DNA of 64,000 nucleotides from the NCBI GenBank assembly GCA_951406725.2, contig OX597838.1, forward strand, positions 14,322,001 through 14,386,000. Direction: 5' to 3'. This DNA is from Octopus vulgaris. Lineage: Eukaryota. Shown here piece after piece: positions 13,808 to 28,258 of this stretch. The notes under the pieces were generated by a model that saw only the letters and a program-made list of their open reading frames with translations, was not told the DNA's origin and did not search any database. Numbering within the stretch: position 1 is the first letter of the stretch; every line of letters begins with the position of its first letter. The position numbers were made by a program, and so were the translations under genes.

Positions 13808-14207
13808 TACTCTTTTACTTGTTTCAGTCATTTGAATGTGGCCATGCAGGAGCACCGCCTTTAGTCGAGAAAATCGACCCCGGGACTTATTCTTTGTAAG
13901 CCTAGTACTTATTCTATCGGTCTCATTTGTCGAACCGCTAAGTCACGGGGATGTAAACACACCAGAATCGGTTGTCAAGCGATGTTGGGGTGGGGGACAA
14001 ACACAGATACGCAAACATACACCCCCACACACACACACATACATACATATGACGGGCTTCTTTCAGTTTCCGTCTACCAAATCCACTCACAAGGCTTTGG
14101 TCGCTCCGAGGCTATAGTAGAAGACACTTGCCCCAGGTGCCACGCAGTGGAACTGAACCCGGAACCACGTGGTTGGTAAGCAAGCTACTTACCACACAGC
14201 CACTCCT
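13808..14207 (-). mobile_element. SINE family A
   Basis: Reverse complement of 12696-13107. Confidence 0.9.
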
Positions 14208-14620
14208 AAATTTTTATGTGCTTGTGTTAGTGTATGCGTCTTTAAACATTTCCGTATATAGACACGTTGCCCCAGTCCACTCAACTGGCAAAAGGAAATA
14301 GTACCTGTAATTCAAAAGGCCAGCCTTGTCACATTCCGTGTCACGCTAAATCTCCCTGGGAACTACGTTAAGTGTACACACATCTGTGGGGTGCTCAGCC
14401 ACTTGCACGCTAATTTCACGAGCAGGCTGTTGTTCCGTTGATCGGATCAACTGGAACCGTCGTTGTCGTACCCGAGGAGTGCCAAGAGAATATATATATA
14501 TATATATATATATAAAGTTAATCCAAACAAGAAAACACACACAAAAAAAAACACAACAACGCGAGGACGTGGAACAAATATAGTATTATTGGACGGTCAG
14601 GAAAGAAGGAAAGAAGGAGG

Positions 14621-14655
14621 GTTTAACGTTTCGAGCGGAGCTCTTCGTCGGAAAC
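14621..14655 (-). ncRNA. Minimal hammerhead variant (CCGACGA core)
   Basis: Minus: GTTT-CCGACGA-A-GAGC TCC GCTC-GAAA-CGTT-AAAC, inside a (TA)n-flanked remnant at 14515-14725. Confidence 0.6.
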
Positions 14656-14724
14656 ATAGGAGAAGGAAAGATCCAGAGAAAGGAAGACAGAGAAAAAAAT
14701 CGCCAACGGTACACACGAGGTCAC

Positions 14725-14802
<78 letters not shown>

Positions 14803-15535
14803 TAAATTAATAAATAAAATAAAACATATGCATATATACATACATATATGTACGTACCTACCTCTACATGTATATATATATGCATATATGGGTACAGGAC
14901 ACCAAAAAAACGTCGAGCACAATGAGAAACGAAAACATGAACACAAAACCCAAGGAAATGGACATTTTTCTTAAAAAACGAAAAAATAGAGTACAGGACA
15001 TACAATACAATACAAGGAAAATTCCCCTTCTTCAGTCGCCTTTGTTTCATCTACTCCGCGTTCCGAAGGTCAATGTCGTGTTTTTTGTTCCCAACTTTGA
15101 CCCTCCATAAATCGTAAAGTTTATTTCAGAATTTATGGGAGCAACTGTCTTTGAAGACTCATATCGTCGCTGAATGCTCGAAATGAGGAGTTGATAGACA
15201 GCCGACAATTGATGAAGGGTCCTTTCTCTGTGTTTACTTGTCCTGTTTTCCATTTCTTTTCTCGTTATTTACATATTTAACTCGTTTGCTTACGTAGTTC
15301 ATGTTATTTGCACAGTTGCTGACGTCCTGTACCCATATTTGCATGTATGTATATATAGATATATATATATATGTATGTATATAAATATATAGATATGTAT
15401 ATATATATCAGCCGAAATTACTACGATGATCCGGTTCTTGACTGAAGACTGAGGGTTTCGAATGTCCTGTCCGTGTTTATTGTATCGTCTTCTAAGAGTT
15501 ATACGTTCTTGTCCATGTTGTATTTTTCTACATAC

Positions 15536-15589
<54 letters not shown>

Positions 15590-15838
15590 AATCCAAACGG
15601 GAAACAAAAAAACAACAACAATGGAACAATTACAGTATTATTATTAATAGGCGCTCAGATATATATATATATATATATTATCAATAATAGCAAAGGGTAA
15701 AATTAATTAATTAAGAAGTAATCAGTAATTTCACCAAGTAGAATTCGGCATGAAAAAGACTATTTCATGGTAAGTTTAAGTAATACTTTATAATTAGGGT
15801 TGTGGTGAAGCGAATCTTTGCTGAACCCTAATTATAAA

Positions 15839-15976
<138 letters not shown>

Positions 15977-17273
15977 TATATATATATACATACATATACA
16001 TATACATATATATATATATATATATCTTTGTATTTATGTAGTTGTCCTAATATCTTTACATCACAATGGCTTCTTAAATTCCTTTTTCTTTCCCTGTCTT
16101 ATATAAAGATGGACGCTAAAAGCCTCCATCTTTATATTTTTAAATATGAATCTGAATTTCTCTAAAATATCCTTTCCCCTCTCATACATTGCATATACCT
16201 TAGTCATAAATAAGATAAAAAGATTTCTTTCACCCATACATAAACCTTTTAGATATCCCCCTTTTTTTTTTTAAATATTTATTTACGTACATCGTCGTCT
16301 GCATATTCCCATTCTGCTATTGTTCCCGCCTACGTTCTTCCTTACATTCTATTTCACATATCCGTAAAAAAAATGCTCCCCTCTAATTGCTCTTTTTCCT
16401 ATAATTTTTCCGGCTTTTTCGACCACAATATACCTAAATGATGCATTGCATTGTAACCATTCATCTAAGCATACATAGTTCACGAGTATTGTTTTCTGTT
16501 TTTTCGACATTTTACTAACATTAACCCAATTCCATTTTTGTCATGCCCAAATAAATGCAACCATGAAATTGTAGTCTGTATGAACTTCCGTACATAATTA
16601 ATTTATACCAGTAACTAGGAATATTATTAATTTTCAATAATTCAATAATTTCAATAATAATTTCATCCTCCTCGATTGCATTCTTTGCTACTGAACGCGT
16701 ATAATTCAAATCTCTAAACCGTTTAGTTTCTTTCAACTATAAATATCCCGTCCTAATTCATTTAACTCATTACAGATGGCATTTCCTACTAACATCTAAT
16801 TCAGTTTCATCGACACACTTTCCCAAGATAACCCCACCCACCCAGTTTTTTATTGCTTCTTGTACTCTTTTATCTGCAGTAATTTTAAATCTATATATCT
16901 CTTCACACATTGATGCTTCATTTTAAATTATTTAAAATCTTACGTTTATATATATTCATGTGCTTGTTTAATAATGTAAATTTCTATCGAAATCTTTTAT
17001 AAAGAATTATAATTGCTTTATAATTGTTTTATTTAATCTCATGTGATACTAGCAATATTTCGCACTATTAGATAAACGTACAATATTTTGCTCCGTTTTA
17101 CAAAGACAGCTTACTATGACGTTATTTGTCCTTTTATATATATCCAGTGCATAAGTAAATATCAATACCCAGATATATATCATAGTTACTTTCCTTAACC
17201 TTACATTCTATAAGTTACAAGCGGTGGATTCTCAGTTTCGACAGAATGATAAATATACACAGCGATAAATATA

Positions 17274-17435
17274 GGCGCAGGAGTGGCGGTGTGGTAAGTA
17301 GCTTGTTTACCAACCACATGGTTCCGGGTTCAGTCCCACTGCATAGCACCTTGGGCAAGTGTCTTCTACTATAGCCTCGGGCCGACCAAAGCCTTGTGAG
17401 TGGATTTGGTAGACGGAAACTGAAAGAAGCCCGTC

Positions 17436-17480
<45 letters not shown>

Positions 17481-17700
17481 TGTGTGTGTTTGTGTGTCTG
17501 TGTTTGTCCCCCTAGCATTGCTTGACAACCGATGCTGGTGTGTTTATGTCCCCGTTACTTAGCGGTTCGGCAAAAGAGACCGATAGAATAAGTACTGGGC
17601 TTGCAAAAGAATAAGTCCCGGGGTCGAGTTGCTCGATTAAAGGCGGTGCTCCAGCATGGCCGCAGTCAAATGACTGAAACAAGTAAAAGAATAAAAGAGT
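17274..17700 (+). mobile_element. SINE family A with ~19-bp TSD
   Basis: Full length; flanks ATACACAGC(G/A)ATAAATATA. Confidence 0.9.
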
Positions 17701-17925
17701 ATACACAGCAATAAATATACAACTAAATTGAAACACACAGATGGACTGTTAGCCTGGCATACTGATATATCAACTGACCAAATGATATATAGACATTCAT
17801 TATAATTTAATTGATGTACATACTGACAGATGGAAGGGTGTGTGCGCGCGTGTATGATATGCATGGTACGATGAATAAATTACATAAAAATATCTTGAAA
17901 GACTAAACAGTAAATTTATTCAATA

Positions 17926-18309
17926 CTAGCAGTATCGCCCGGCGTTGCTCGGGTTTGTAAGGGAAATAACTATAAAGCATTTTTAGATAGTTATAGCCAA
18001 AATATAGCAAAGAAATGGGGAAAAAATTATGGTAAATTTTTTTTTGAGAGTGAAAAGGTGGAGTTGCGTCCCCTAGACAGTCTGTGGTTTGTGTTTCTGA
18101 TTCTCGACCCCATGTCGAATTTATCGATTTTTTTCAGAACTGGGGGAACTTTTCAAAATTTTCGCTGCGTTAGTTTTGAATTATGACATTGGGCTACGTG
18201 TGTGTCAAGTTTCATCAGAATCGGTTGAAAGCCGTGGTCAGAGTGAGGGTACAAGCAAACAGACACACAGAAACACACGCAGACAAGCTGCCGTTTATAT
18301 AGAGAGAGA
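17926..18309 (-). mobile_element. Non-autonomous Helitron
   Basis: Minus strand starts TC (TCTCTCTCTATATAAA), ends hairpin CCCGAGCAACGCCGGG then CTAG, inserted between A and T with no TSD. Confidence 0.9.
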
Positions 18310-18549
18310 TGATCGGCATTGGCTTCAACCACGGCCTCCAGACGACTTCGGAATCTCCTGCAACTCTTCTGGACGGTCTCCTTGTTTAAGTTGGTGAATG
18401 CTGCCATAATCCTTGCCTTCAGTTCATCTTTGGTGTTAGAAGATTTGTTGGTCTCTCACTCAGCTGCGCCTCACACTTAATGATCAAGAGAGTTGCAGTC
18501 TGGGGAGTTAGGTGGACAGACGTTAGGGGTGATACGGTCGCAGAAATTG

Positions 18550-18725
18550 TTTGCCATTACGTTCTGAGTTCAAATTCCGCCGGGGTCGACTTTGCCTTTC
18601 ATCCTTTCGGAGTCGATTAAATAAGTACCAGTTACGCACTGGGGTCGATGTTAATCGACTTAATCCCTTTATTCTGTCCTTGTTCGTCCCCTCTATGTTT
18701 AGCTCCTTGTGGGCAATAAAGAAAT
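18550..18725 (+). mobile_element. SINE family B, 5'-truncated, inside maT transposase
   Basis: 9-bp TSD CAGAAATTG at 18541-18549 and 18726-18734. Confidence 0.9.
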
Positions 18726-19736
18726 CAGAAATTGCTTGACAGCCATGACTGGGTTCTCCTGCTTGTGTGGCATGGTGCAGAGTCCTGTTGCCAGACATAG
18801 GGTCTTCCAGCAGCCACCCTCTTGACCCAGGGCAGCACTACCTCCTCCAGGCACTTGATATAGGCCTCTGCGTTGAGCCTGATAAGTGGAGGCATAACAT
18901 CGCTATCACTAGTGATCACTCCAAACACCATGATGTTGACTGGATGTTTGATTTTTATCACTCTCGGTACATGTCCTCAGATTGACACTGAAACAATCTG
19001 AAATGTTTGTATTGGACCTTCCAGTGCAAATGCCAAGCAGTACAGCATATTATTTCCAAATTTCTGGTAGAATGAATAGCGGCATGGTGCTGTTTTTTTC
19101 TCGCAGACGGTACCCAACTTACCCTATTATACTGTGTAGTACACACACACACACTCTCTCACTCACTCTCTCTCTCTCTCCCTCTCTTTCTCTCTCACAC
19201 ATACATGCATTCACGCAAATATGCACGTAAATATGCAACGCTATGATAGAATGTTCACACGTATATACACAGTTACACATATCCGATAACTCATAGAATG
19301 TACCTATAACATACGCAGCATGTTGACGTGCTTTTGAAGCCTCTACGTGGACGTTTGGTTTGTTAGAAATAACAGTCAAATCTCCCTCGAATCACACATC
19401 TATCGTAAGACTCACGTTAGATAGCATGATCCTGGGTCACCTTCAAATAAGAAAATGACTGAGTGGTTACGACTGGAAAGTCTTTGATCATATCTCTGCT
19501 CAGGAGAGTTGACCAAGGAGTAAGCAATATACATATACATAACACGTACACACACACACACACACACACGCGCGCAGGCACTGTACATACGTATTATATA
19601 TACACTTTGTGTACTCTCTCTCTCTCTCTCTCTCTCTTAAGCAAAGAAGGAAATTCGAAGAGGAGAAAGGATAAAGCAAGATGGCGGACTTTTTGGTAAC
19701 AACGACAACAGTAATAAGAACAACAATAACAAGGTT

Positions 19737-19770
<34 letters not shown>

Positions 19771-21118
19771 ATAACAACAATAATAACAACAGCAATAACA
19801 ACAACAGCAACTCAACCACCACCAACAACAACAATAACAACAATACAACATCAAGAACAACAGCTACAACAATAAACAATTATTACAACAACAATAGCAA
19901 CATCAATAAGAACGTCAACGACCACATCAACAACAACAACAATAAATAACAGGGGCACCACCACTACTTACAGCAGCAACAACAACAACTGCAACAACAA
20001 GAACAATAATAACTAGCAGCACCTCTATCAGCAGCTGCAACAACAATAACAACAAAAAAAATGATAGAAACAACAGCAGCAGAAGCAGAAGCAGCAGCAG
20101 CAGCAGCAGCAGCAGCAAAGCGACAGCAAGAGCAACAACAACATCAATGATAATAGCGACAATAACAACATCGAATGCTGCAGTATCTACAACAATAACA
20201 ACAAAATTGATAACAGTAACATCACCACCACCACCACCACCGCAACCATCACCACCACCGCAACCACCACCACCACCACCGCAACCACCACCACCGCAAC
20301 CAACACCACCACCGCTACCACCACCACTACCACCACCACCACGACCACCACCACCACCGCAACCACCACCACCACCGCAACCACCACAAGCTCCACCACC
20401 ACCACAAGCACCACCACCACCATCACCACCACCACCACCGCAACCACCACCACCACCACCACCACCACTACCACCACCACCGCAACCACCACCAACAGCA
20501 ACAACAACAATAAATGTAGTAGCCACATCGACAACAATAACGGCAATAAATTACCGAAAAGAAGTCATAAGAAGGTTGGAAAAAATGGTGGCGGGTTTAG
20601 TGAGTGAAAGGAGGAGGAGGAGGAGGAGCAGGAGAAGAAGACTTGGTGGAGGTGGAGGCAGAGGGGGAAGCGGGTGGAGTTCGCTTCCCCCAGGCTGTCT
20701 CTTTACCGAAATAGTTTTATGACAGAGGAGAGATGGACGGAGGCAGCGGCGGCGATGCTGCAAGGGACAACAATATGGCGGCTGTTAGCAATGCGAACTT
20801 GATTAATTTGTCTTTGTACGATGATGATGGCGGTGGTGGTGTTGGGAGGATTGTTGGTGGTGGTGGTGATGATGATGATGATGATGAGGATGAAGAAGAA
20901 GAGGAGAAGGAGGATGATAGGTGTGGTGGTTGTGGTGGTGACGATAGGGTATTGTTGGTGCTGCCCATGATGATGATGATGATGATGGGAAAGAAAGTGA
21001 AGAAAGACGGTATGTAATAAAAAAAATACTGGAAACGGGTTTAGGGAGGCGTGAATGAAGAAAAGTAAGCGGTCAGGTGCATGGGCGACAACGAGGCAGC
21101 TAGTTTGATAGAAAGATG

Positions 21119-21163
<45 letters not shown>

Positions 21164-21407
21164 TCAGATAGATAGATAGTTAGATACATACATACATACA
21201 TACATACATACATACATACATACATACATGCATACATGCATGCATGCATACATACATACATACATACATACATACATACATACATACATAGAGATATAGA
21301 GAGATAAAGAGATAGCTAAATACATACGTAGATACATATATAGATCGATAGCGCGATAAATAGCTAGATTAATCGACAGATAGATAGATAGATAGATAGA
21401 TAGATAA

Positions 21408-21642
21408 ATATATTTCTTTACTGCCCACAAGGAGCTAAACATAGAGGGGACAAACAAGGACAGACGAAGGGATTAAGTCGATTATAACGCCCCCAGTGCG
21501 AAACTGGTACTTTATTTATCGACCCCGAAAGAATGAAAGGCAAAGTTGACCTCGGTGGAATTTGAACTCAGAACGCAACGACAGACGAAATACCGCTAAG
21601 CATTTCGCCCGGCGCGCTAACGTGTCTGCCAGCTCGCCGCCT
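21408..21642 (-). mobile_element. SINE family B; others at 38142-38368 (-), 46362-46507, 46891-47100, 59525-59725, 60640-61030, 62969-63170
   Basis: Identity to 4666-4898. Confidence 0.9.
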
Positions 21643-21939
21643 TGGAGATAGATAGACAAATAGCTAGATGACTAGATAGATAGATAGCTAGCTAGGTAGA
21701 TAGCTAGATAGATACCAAGATGAATAGCTAGCAAGATGGTGGGATGGAGGGGGAAAGAAAACTGACCAAAAGCATCTCTATGATTCCCATTTATGAGCGT
21801 TCGCGTGTATGTGATAGTTTATGAACTCTCAGAACTATTGTCGATAGGCAGAGAGAAAGAGTGAGAGTGTGAAAGGAAATATGAAAGATAGAGAGAAAGA
21901 CGACAGGAAAGTATAGACAAGTTGTCAACTCTCCACCAC

Positions 21940-22200
21940 CCGATAGAATACTGTATATAGAGCGGGACTTTGCGAACAAGATGGCGCTGAAAATGTTGAT
22001 TAGGCAGACAGCGACCAATCACGACAGCTAACTGTAAAGCATTATTAAAGTTACCCTGACAATAGCTTCGTATTTCAGGCTCACTTCCGGTTCTATATCT
22101 ATTTATTTTTTACCAGCTTCCTGTTAAGGAAATAAGAAAAAGAATGTATCAAGGACAATTTCTTTAAAAGCCATTTTTCACTTCCGTCAGTGATTTGCTG
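21940..22200. promoter_or_regulatory. Candidate promoter/regulatory module
   Basis: Clustered AAGATGGCG and GCCATTTT (YY1/Pho), CCAATCAC (NF-Y), CACTTCCGG and CACTTCCGT (ETS) in ~250 bp of unique sequence. Confidence 0.45.
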
Positions 22201-22310
22201 TTTACTTTTAGACTTTAGTCATTGTTATCGTATTATTGGTGCTGTTGTTGTTGTTAATGTGACTGAGTGGTAAGAAGTTTGCTTCCCAACAACATGGTTC
22301 CGGGTTCAGT

Positions 22311-22553
22311 GCTAAAAATGAACTCGACCGCTCTCAAAAATAATTTTAAAAAAGCAGGAAATATAATCCAGAATCCTTGTCCGGCACCGGATCGATCCCA
22401 AAATCTAATCAGTCCATGCCAGTTATGAGGCCAAATAACCTTGAAAGTTTCATTGGAATCCATCCAGCAGTTCTTGAAATATCTTGTCCATGGACAGACA
22501 AACAAACAAACATGGCTGAAAACAATATCTCCGCCTTCACTAAGGTGGAAGTA
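22311..22553 (-). mobile_element. Helentron-associated (HINE/DINE-like) non-autonomous element fragment
   Basis: Terminal hairpin TTCCACCTT AGTG AAGGCGGAG, then (TGTT)n/TGTC microsatellite and GATTCCAATGAAACTTT core. Confidence 0.5.
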
Positions 22554-22628
22554 ACAAGGTTATTTACATGTTATTCCCAAAGCAATAATGGAGTCGTAAT
22601 TATGAATGTCAACTCTTTGATACTTGGG

Positions 22629-22702
<74 letters not shown>

Positions 22703-22713
22703 CATTATTATTA

Positions 22714-22949
<236 letters not shown>

Positions 22950-22962
22950 TTTATTTTTATTT

Positions 22963-22997
<35 letters not shown>

Positions 22998-23010
22998 TTA
23001 AATTTCATTT

Positions 23011-23101
<91 letters not shown>

Positions 23102-23194
23102 AAAATATTTAATTTATAATATGTAAATGCCAAGAAACAAGACTGGAAAAAGAGTTAAGAAAGGAAAGGAAAAGAAAGAAAAGAAAGAAAAACG

Positions 23195-23730
23195 AGTGGT
23201 GAGAATCTACAGCAGCCGAAGGCAACCTGGAGGAGCTGTGGAGGACTGAAGTGGAGGAAGCGTACAAGGGAAAGTTTAGTAACTTTTGAAGAGGGTCACC
23301 TTGTGCAGAAAAAAACATAAAGAGCTGTTTTTGAAGAGGCTGTCATTAGGACGTCAATGTGTACGTAATGTGTTGGAGTGTGAACCGTATGGCCGAGTAG
23401 CCCTTTCCAAGGCTGCATATGTCCCACCATCTGAAGTCTCATGAAAGAAGAACTGTATGCAATGTCCTTCCTTCTAGATCGAATGATTCGACGTGCGTAG
23501 TATGTGAAAAGACTTGCAAGTCGATGCCGGGTGTGAAGAGATATATGGCGGTTCACCGAGACCATTATCAAAGCGGAAGTTACATCCTCCGTCCGTCACC
23601 TGTGCTTGAAGCCAGGCAGATCTGCAGGGACTGAATTGTCATCCGAGAGTTCAAAGACAAAATGCCAGAAATGCCATTGACAACGAGGTAGTTCAGAGAA
23701 GCGGCAGTCATCTGTGACGATGGAGCAATC
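23195..23730 (+). pseudogene. Decayed RTE/BovB-like LINE 3' end with C2H2-type zinc-finger remnants and (ATGT)n tail
   Basis: HHLKSH..CVVCEKTCKSMPGVKRYMAVH; ends GTCATCTGTGACGATGGAGCAATC directly before (ATGT)n. Confidence 0.55.
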
Positions 23731-24784
23731 ATGTATGTATGTATGTATGTATGTATGTATGTATGTATGTATGTATGTATGTATGTATGTATGTATCTAT
23801 CTATGTATGTATGTATGTATGTATGTAGTTATGTTTGTATGCATGTAGGTATGTGTGTATGTATGTGTGTGTGTATGTATGTGTTTATAAATGTGTGTAT
23901 GCAAGTATGTATGTGTGTGTGTATGCATGCATGTATGTATCTGCATGTATGCATGTATGTATGTGCATGTGTGTATGTATGTGTGTGTATATGTGTATGT
24001 CTGTTAATACGTACGTATGTATGTATGTATGTATTGTATCTTATATCTGTTATTTGTTTCTGTCATTAAGTTGTGGCCATGCTGGGGCACCGCCTTCAGG
24101 AATTTTTAGCCGAATGAATCGGCTTCTTTTGCTGAACCGCAAATGTTACGATTTCGTAAACACAGTAACACCGGTCGTCAAGCGGTGGTGGGGGACTAAC
24201 ACACACACACACACACGCATACACATAAACACACACACACATACACACACACACACATAAACACACAAACGCATATAAGTGACAGGCTTCTTTTAGTTTC
24301 CGTCTACCAAATCCACTCACAAGTCTTTGGTCGGCCCGAGGATATAGCAGAAGACACTTGCCTGAACCCAGAACCAGGTGGTTCCGCAGCAAGCTTATTA
24401 CCATCCAGCCTCTTGTAGAATTTATGTGTAAAAACCGAAAAATATAGCCGCAGTAATTAAGGCCTCAATTAGTAACAGATCGTTAAATTCCAATGCTGTA
24501 AATCCAGGTGAAAGAAACTTCTTGGCTAAAATGATCTTTTAGCGAAACATGAAAAATATAAAGCAGAAAAACATAAATTTCAAATGAAGTTCATAATTGG
24601 GCTCTACGGTTGTTTCGTTAGCAATAAACATCATTATTTGTGTAACTGCGTAATTAGGATGCATAATTGATTTAATTTAATTTAATTTAACTTAATTTGA
24701 AAGTTATGTTTACCCAACATGTTGTAAGGGAAATGGTAATGAAGAAACCGTCTCGTTTGTGTGTGTGTGTGTACGTGTATGTGT

Positions 24785-24815
<31 letters not shown>

Positions 24816-24993
24816 CCGCTCGCATTTATGTGTGTGTGAGTGTGTGAATATGCATTTGTGTATGTGTGTGTACGTGTGTGTGTGCGTGTTTATGTGTGTG
24901 AATGTGCATTTGTGTGTGAATGTGTTTGTATGTTTGTGTGTGTATGTGTTTGTGTGTTTGCATACATATATACATACAAGTATGTATGCATGC

Positions 24994-25028
<35 letters not shown>

Positions 25029-25046
25029 CATACATACATACATACA

Positions 25047-25080
<34 letters not shown>

Positions 25081-25212
25081 CTTATGTACATACATGCATC
25101 CATGCATACTTACATACAGGCATGTATACACACATACATATATGGGTGCATGCATACATGCATAAATACATAAATATATGGTACATACATACATGCATAC
25201 ATCCTTATAAAC

Positions 25213-25260
<48 letters not shown>

Positions 25261-25261
25261 G

Positions 25262-25364
<103 letters not shown>

Positions 25365-25365
25365 G

Positions 25366-25420
<55 letters not shown>

Positions 25421-25939
25421 GGATAGATACATGAATGAATGGATAGAGAGCTCGGTTGGTAGATAAATACGTAGGTAGAGAGATAGATGGCGTGTGATTC
25501 CAAACGGACCTGGTTGTTTTTTCTAGCAATTAAATTGACAGGCTCCTGGTAGTGACAGTAATAGTATGAAAATGGTAGTAGTTGTACAGTCATGACCATC
25601 CTCCTCCACCTCATCATCATCATCATCACCATCATCATCATCGTTATCATCATCATCTTCATCATCATCATCGTTATCATCATCGTCATCACCATCATCA
25701 TCATCATCATCATCATAATCATCACCATCATCATCATCATCATCATCGTCACCGTCATCTTCATCATCATCATCGTCATCGTCATCGTCATCATCATCAT
25801 CATCGATGTCGTCGTTGTAGACATCACTAACGCCGCCATCACGACGACGACGACCACAACCGCCACCGCCGTCGCTGCCACCATCACCATCATCACCATC
25901 ATCACCATCATCATAATCATCATCATCATCGTCGTCGTT

Positions 25940-26003
<64 letters not shown>

Positions 26004-26053
26004 CCATCATCATCATCATCGTCGTCGTCATCGTCTATAATAACAGCAACAGT

Positions 26054-26093
<40 letters not shown>

Positions 26094-26683
26094 GCAACAG
26101 CAGCAACAGCAGCAAGTGTTGAGGTTATTATCCCTCCCACCTCCTCTAACCAGCGATCCCACCCTACGTATTTATCGTGTTTGAACCACCCTTCCCCCCC
26201 CCCCAACCAACCGGTGTACAAAAGCCCCCACCCCTCGTTCCTACTCCCCCCCTCCATTCCTTGCGCTTATGTTTCCCTTTCCTCTCGCCTTCCCTCCCAC
26301 CGCCACCCACAGACACGCTGCACACTTTTTGCGAATCCCTCTGGCGAAACAACCTCCATTGCTTGTTAGCTGCATCTTGTGTTAACATAGCTACTGGCTT
26401 CTGACATCATGTGTGTGTGTGTATGTATGTATGTATATATGTGCAGATTTGTATGTATGTATGTATGTATGTAAGTATGAATGCATGTGTATGTCTGGGT
26501 GGGTGTGTTTGTATTTGTATGTATGCATGTGTATATGTATATATATATATATATGTATGATGTGTGTGCATGTATGTGTGTATGTGTATGTATTAGTGCA
26601 AGTATATATGTATAAATAGTATAAATAGATGTGTGTATAAACTTACGGATGGATGGATTGTTGGATGCATATATATATATGTG

Positions 26684-26749
<66 letters not shown>

Positions 26750-26989
26750 CATATTTTAAAATAGCGTACATTTAAACACAAAAGAAAACTACCCTTTAAC
26801 AGGTAATTTTTTACATATATATATGTGTATGTGTGTATATATGTATATATACACACACACATTTCTGCTATGAGATACAGTGGACTCATAAGGGAGTTTC
26901 TCATAGTTGTAGCTTCATCGGAGTGGAATTATGTGCTTGTGTGTGTATACATATATATACATATGTTTTAAATTTGTGTGAATGTGTAA

Positions 26990-27676
26990 CATCAAAAGCT
27001 CTGCAGTAGGTCTCAAGATGAACCGCATGAAAACGAAGTTCATACTGTCAGACAACGTACCAACAGGTCGAATGGTGATCGGCAGTGATGAAATAGAGGA
27101 GGTAAAGTAATATGTCTACCTGGGACAGGAAGCGAATATGTGCCGAGATATCGAAAAGGAGATCTCACGGAGAGTAAGGGCCGGATGGAAGGCGTTCAAT
27201 GGCATAAGGGATGTGCTCAAGGGAAGGTTGGACAGGACCACCCGCGCCAACCTCATCAACAGTACAGTTCTACCTGCAATGTTATATGGTAGTGAAACAT
27301 GGGCTACCACAAAGAGAGAAGAGCAGAGACTGGTAACGGCTCAAAGAGCCATGGAAAGGTCAATGCTTGGTATCTCGTTGAGAGAGCATATCAGTAGCGA
27401 GATCATCAGAAAGAAGTCCGGCGTGAGGGATGTCATCGCAGAGTATACACGCAGCAAGTATAGATAGGCTGGACCCGCGCAGTTGTCGAGTGGTACCCAC
27501 GCGAGCGGAAACGACCACCCAGAAGGCCTCCACGACGGTGGAGTTACGATTTCAGGAGGACGATTGGGATCACGTGGATAAGAAAGGCGCGATCCAGAGA
27601 GGAGTGGACAGCGTGCTGTGACCAGCGGTGTAAAATGGACGCCTGACGGACTGGTCGGTCAAGGTAATCAAGGTGA
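26990..27676 (+). pseudogene. RTE-clade LINE, 5'-truncated (RT C-terminus plus 3' tail)
   Basis: VGLKMNRMKTK..EIEEVK*YVYLGQ..EISRRVRAGWKAF..VLPAMLYGSETW..RLVTAQRAMERSMLGISLR..SKYR*AG; premature stops; tail TCAAGGTAATCAAGGTGAT. Confidence 0.9.
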
Positions 27677-27679
27677 TAT

Positions 27680-28253
27680 ATAGGTTATAAGAGGTAATGG
27701 TGTCATTGAGACCCAATGCTGTCAGGTAATGCTGAATAAGTGCTATAGACAGACCATAGTTAAGTTCCAGGTTCGGTGATTTTGCGAATAAGGGGTTCAA
27801 CATTGGTCATATGTCAGCGTGTGTATATAAGAATTTTTTTGCGTAATGAGATAAATTCTGTACTTGGCATGACCAATTTTAAATACCGTTGGATCTTACT
27901 CATAAGGTATTGGAATCTTACATTGTGTATAAACTCTATATTGGGAATGAACAATTTTAAATACTGTTGGTTTTTTCTCATAAGGTATAAGAATCTTACA
28001 TATATGCCATTCTGCCTAAAAAATGGTTCTACAAATTCAATATTCCTACATATCTCACATCTAACTTCTTTCCTCCACCTCACTCTCTATTTTGTATCCC
28101 ATCTAAATTATTACTTAACCATCTTCTCACACCGTCTCCGATGAAGGGATATAATTAATAGATATCCTGGAAACAGCTGTAAGACATTCTATCTATAAAT
28201 GTTCTAATATCTACACAGCCTTGGTTTTTTATATCTCATTACGCCCAAAAATT

Positions 28254-28258
<5 letters not shown>
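27680..28258 (+). mobile_element. Penelope-like remnant with inverted terminal arrangement
   Basis: 27680-27852 is the reverse complement of the 3' part of the 5357-5740 copy, while 28025-28258 matches its 5' part directly. Internal inverted repeat 27824-27852/28232-28261. Confidence 0.65.
28134..28185 (+). ncRNA. Minimal type I hammerhead motif in Penelope-like remnant
   Basis: GTCT-CCGATGA-A-GGGATAT..ATATCCT-G-GAAA-CAGCTG-TA-AGAC. Palindromic stem III ACAGCTGT, GUA triplet, U4->C core variant. Confidence 0.7.

Larger units (their letters stand above)
17870..18990 (-). pseudogene. Tc1/mariner-superfamily DD37D (maT) transposase relic, interrupted by a SINE and a Helitron
   Basis: KHPVNIMVFGVITSD..YIKCLEEVVLPW..WQQD-(37 aa)-D via SPDCNSLD ..DELKARIMAAF..CRRFRSRLEAVVEANADHIE*, reconstructed after removing both insertions. 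Confidence 0.85.

Noticed and set aside
16300-16920. Decayed ORF1/zinc-knuckle-like coding sequence (also 44700-45150)
   Set aside because: Too many stops and too weak a resemblance to call without a profile search.
23419-23634. C2H2 zinc-finger host gene
   Set aside because: The His ligand is mutated, surrounding frames are broken, and the segment ends in a LINE-type tail; better explained as an RTE C-terminus.
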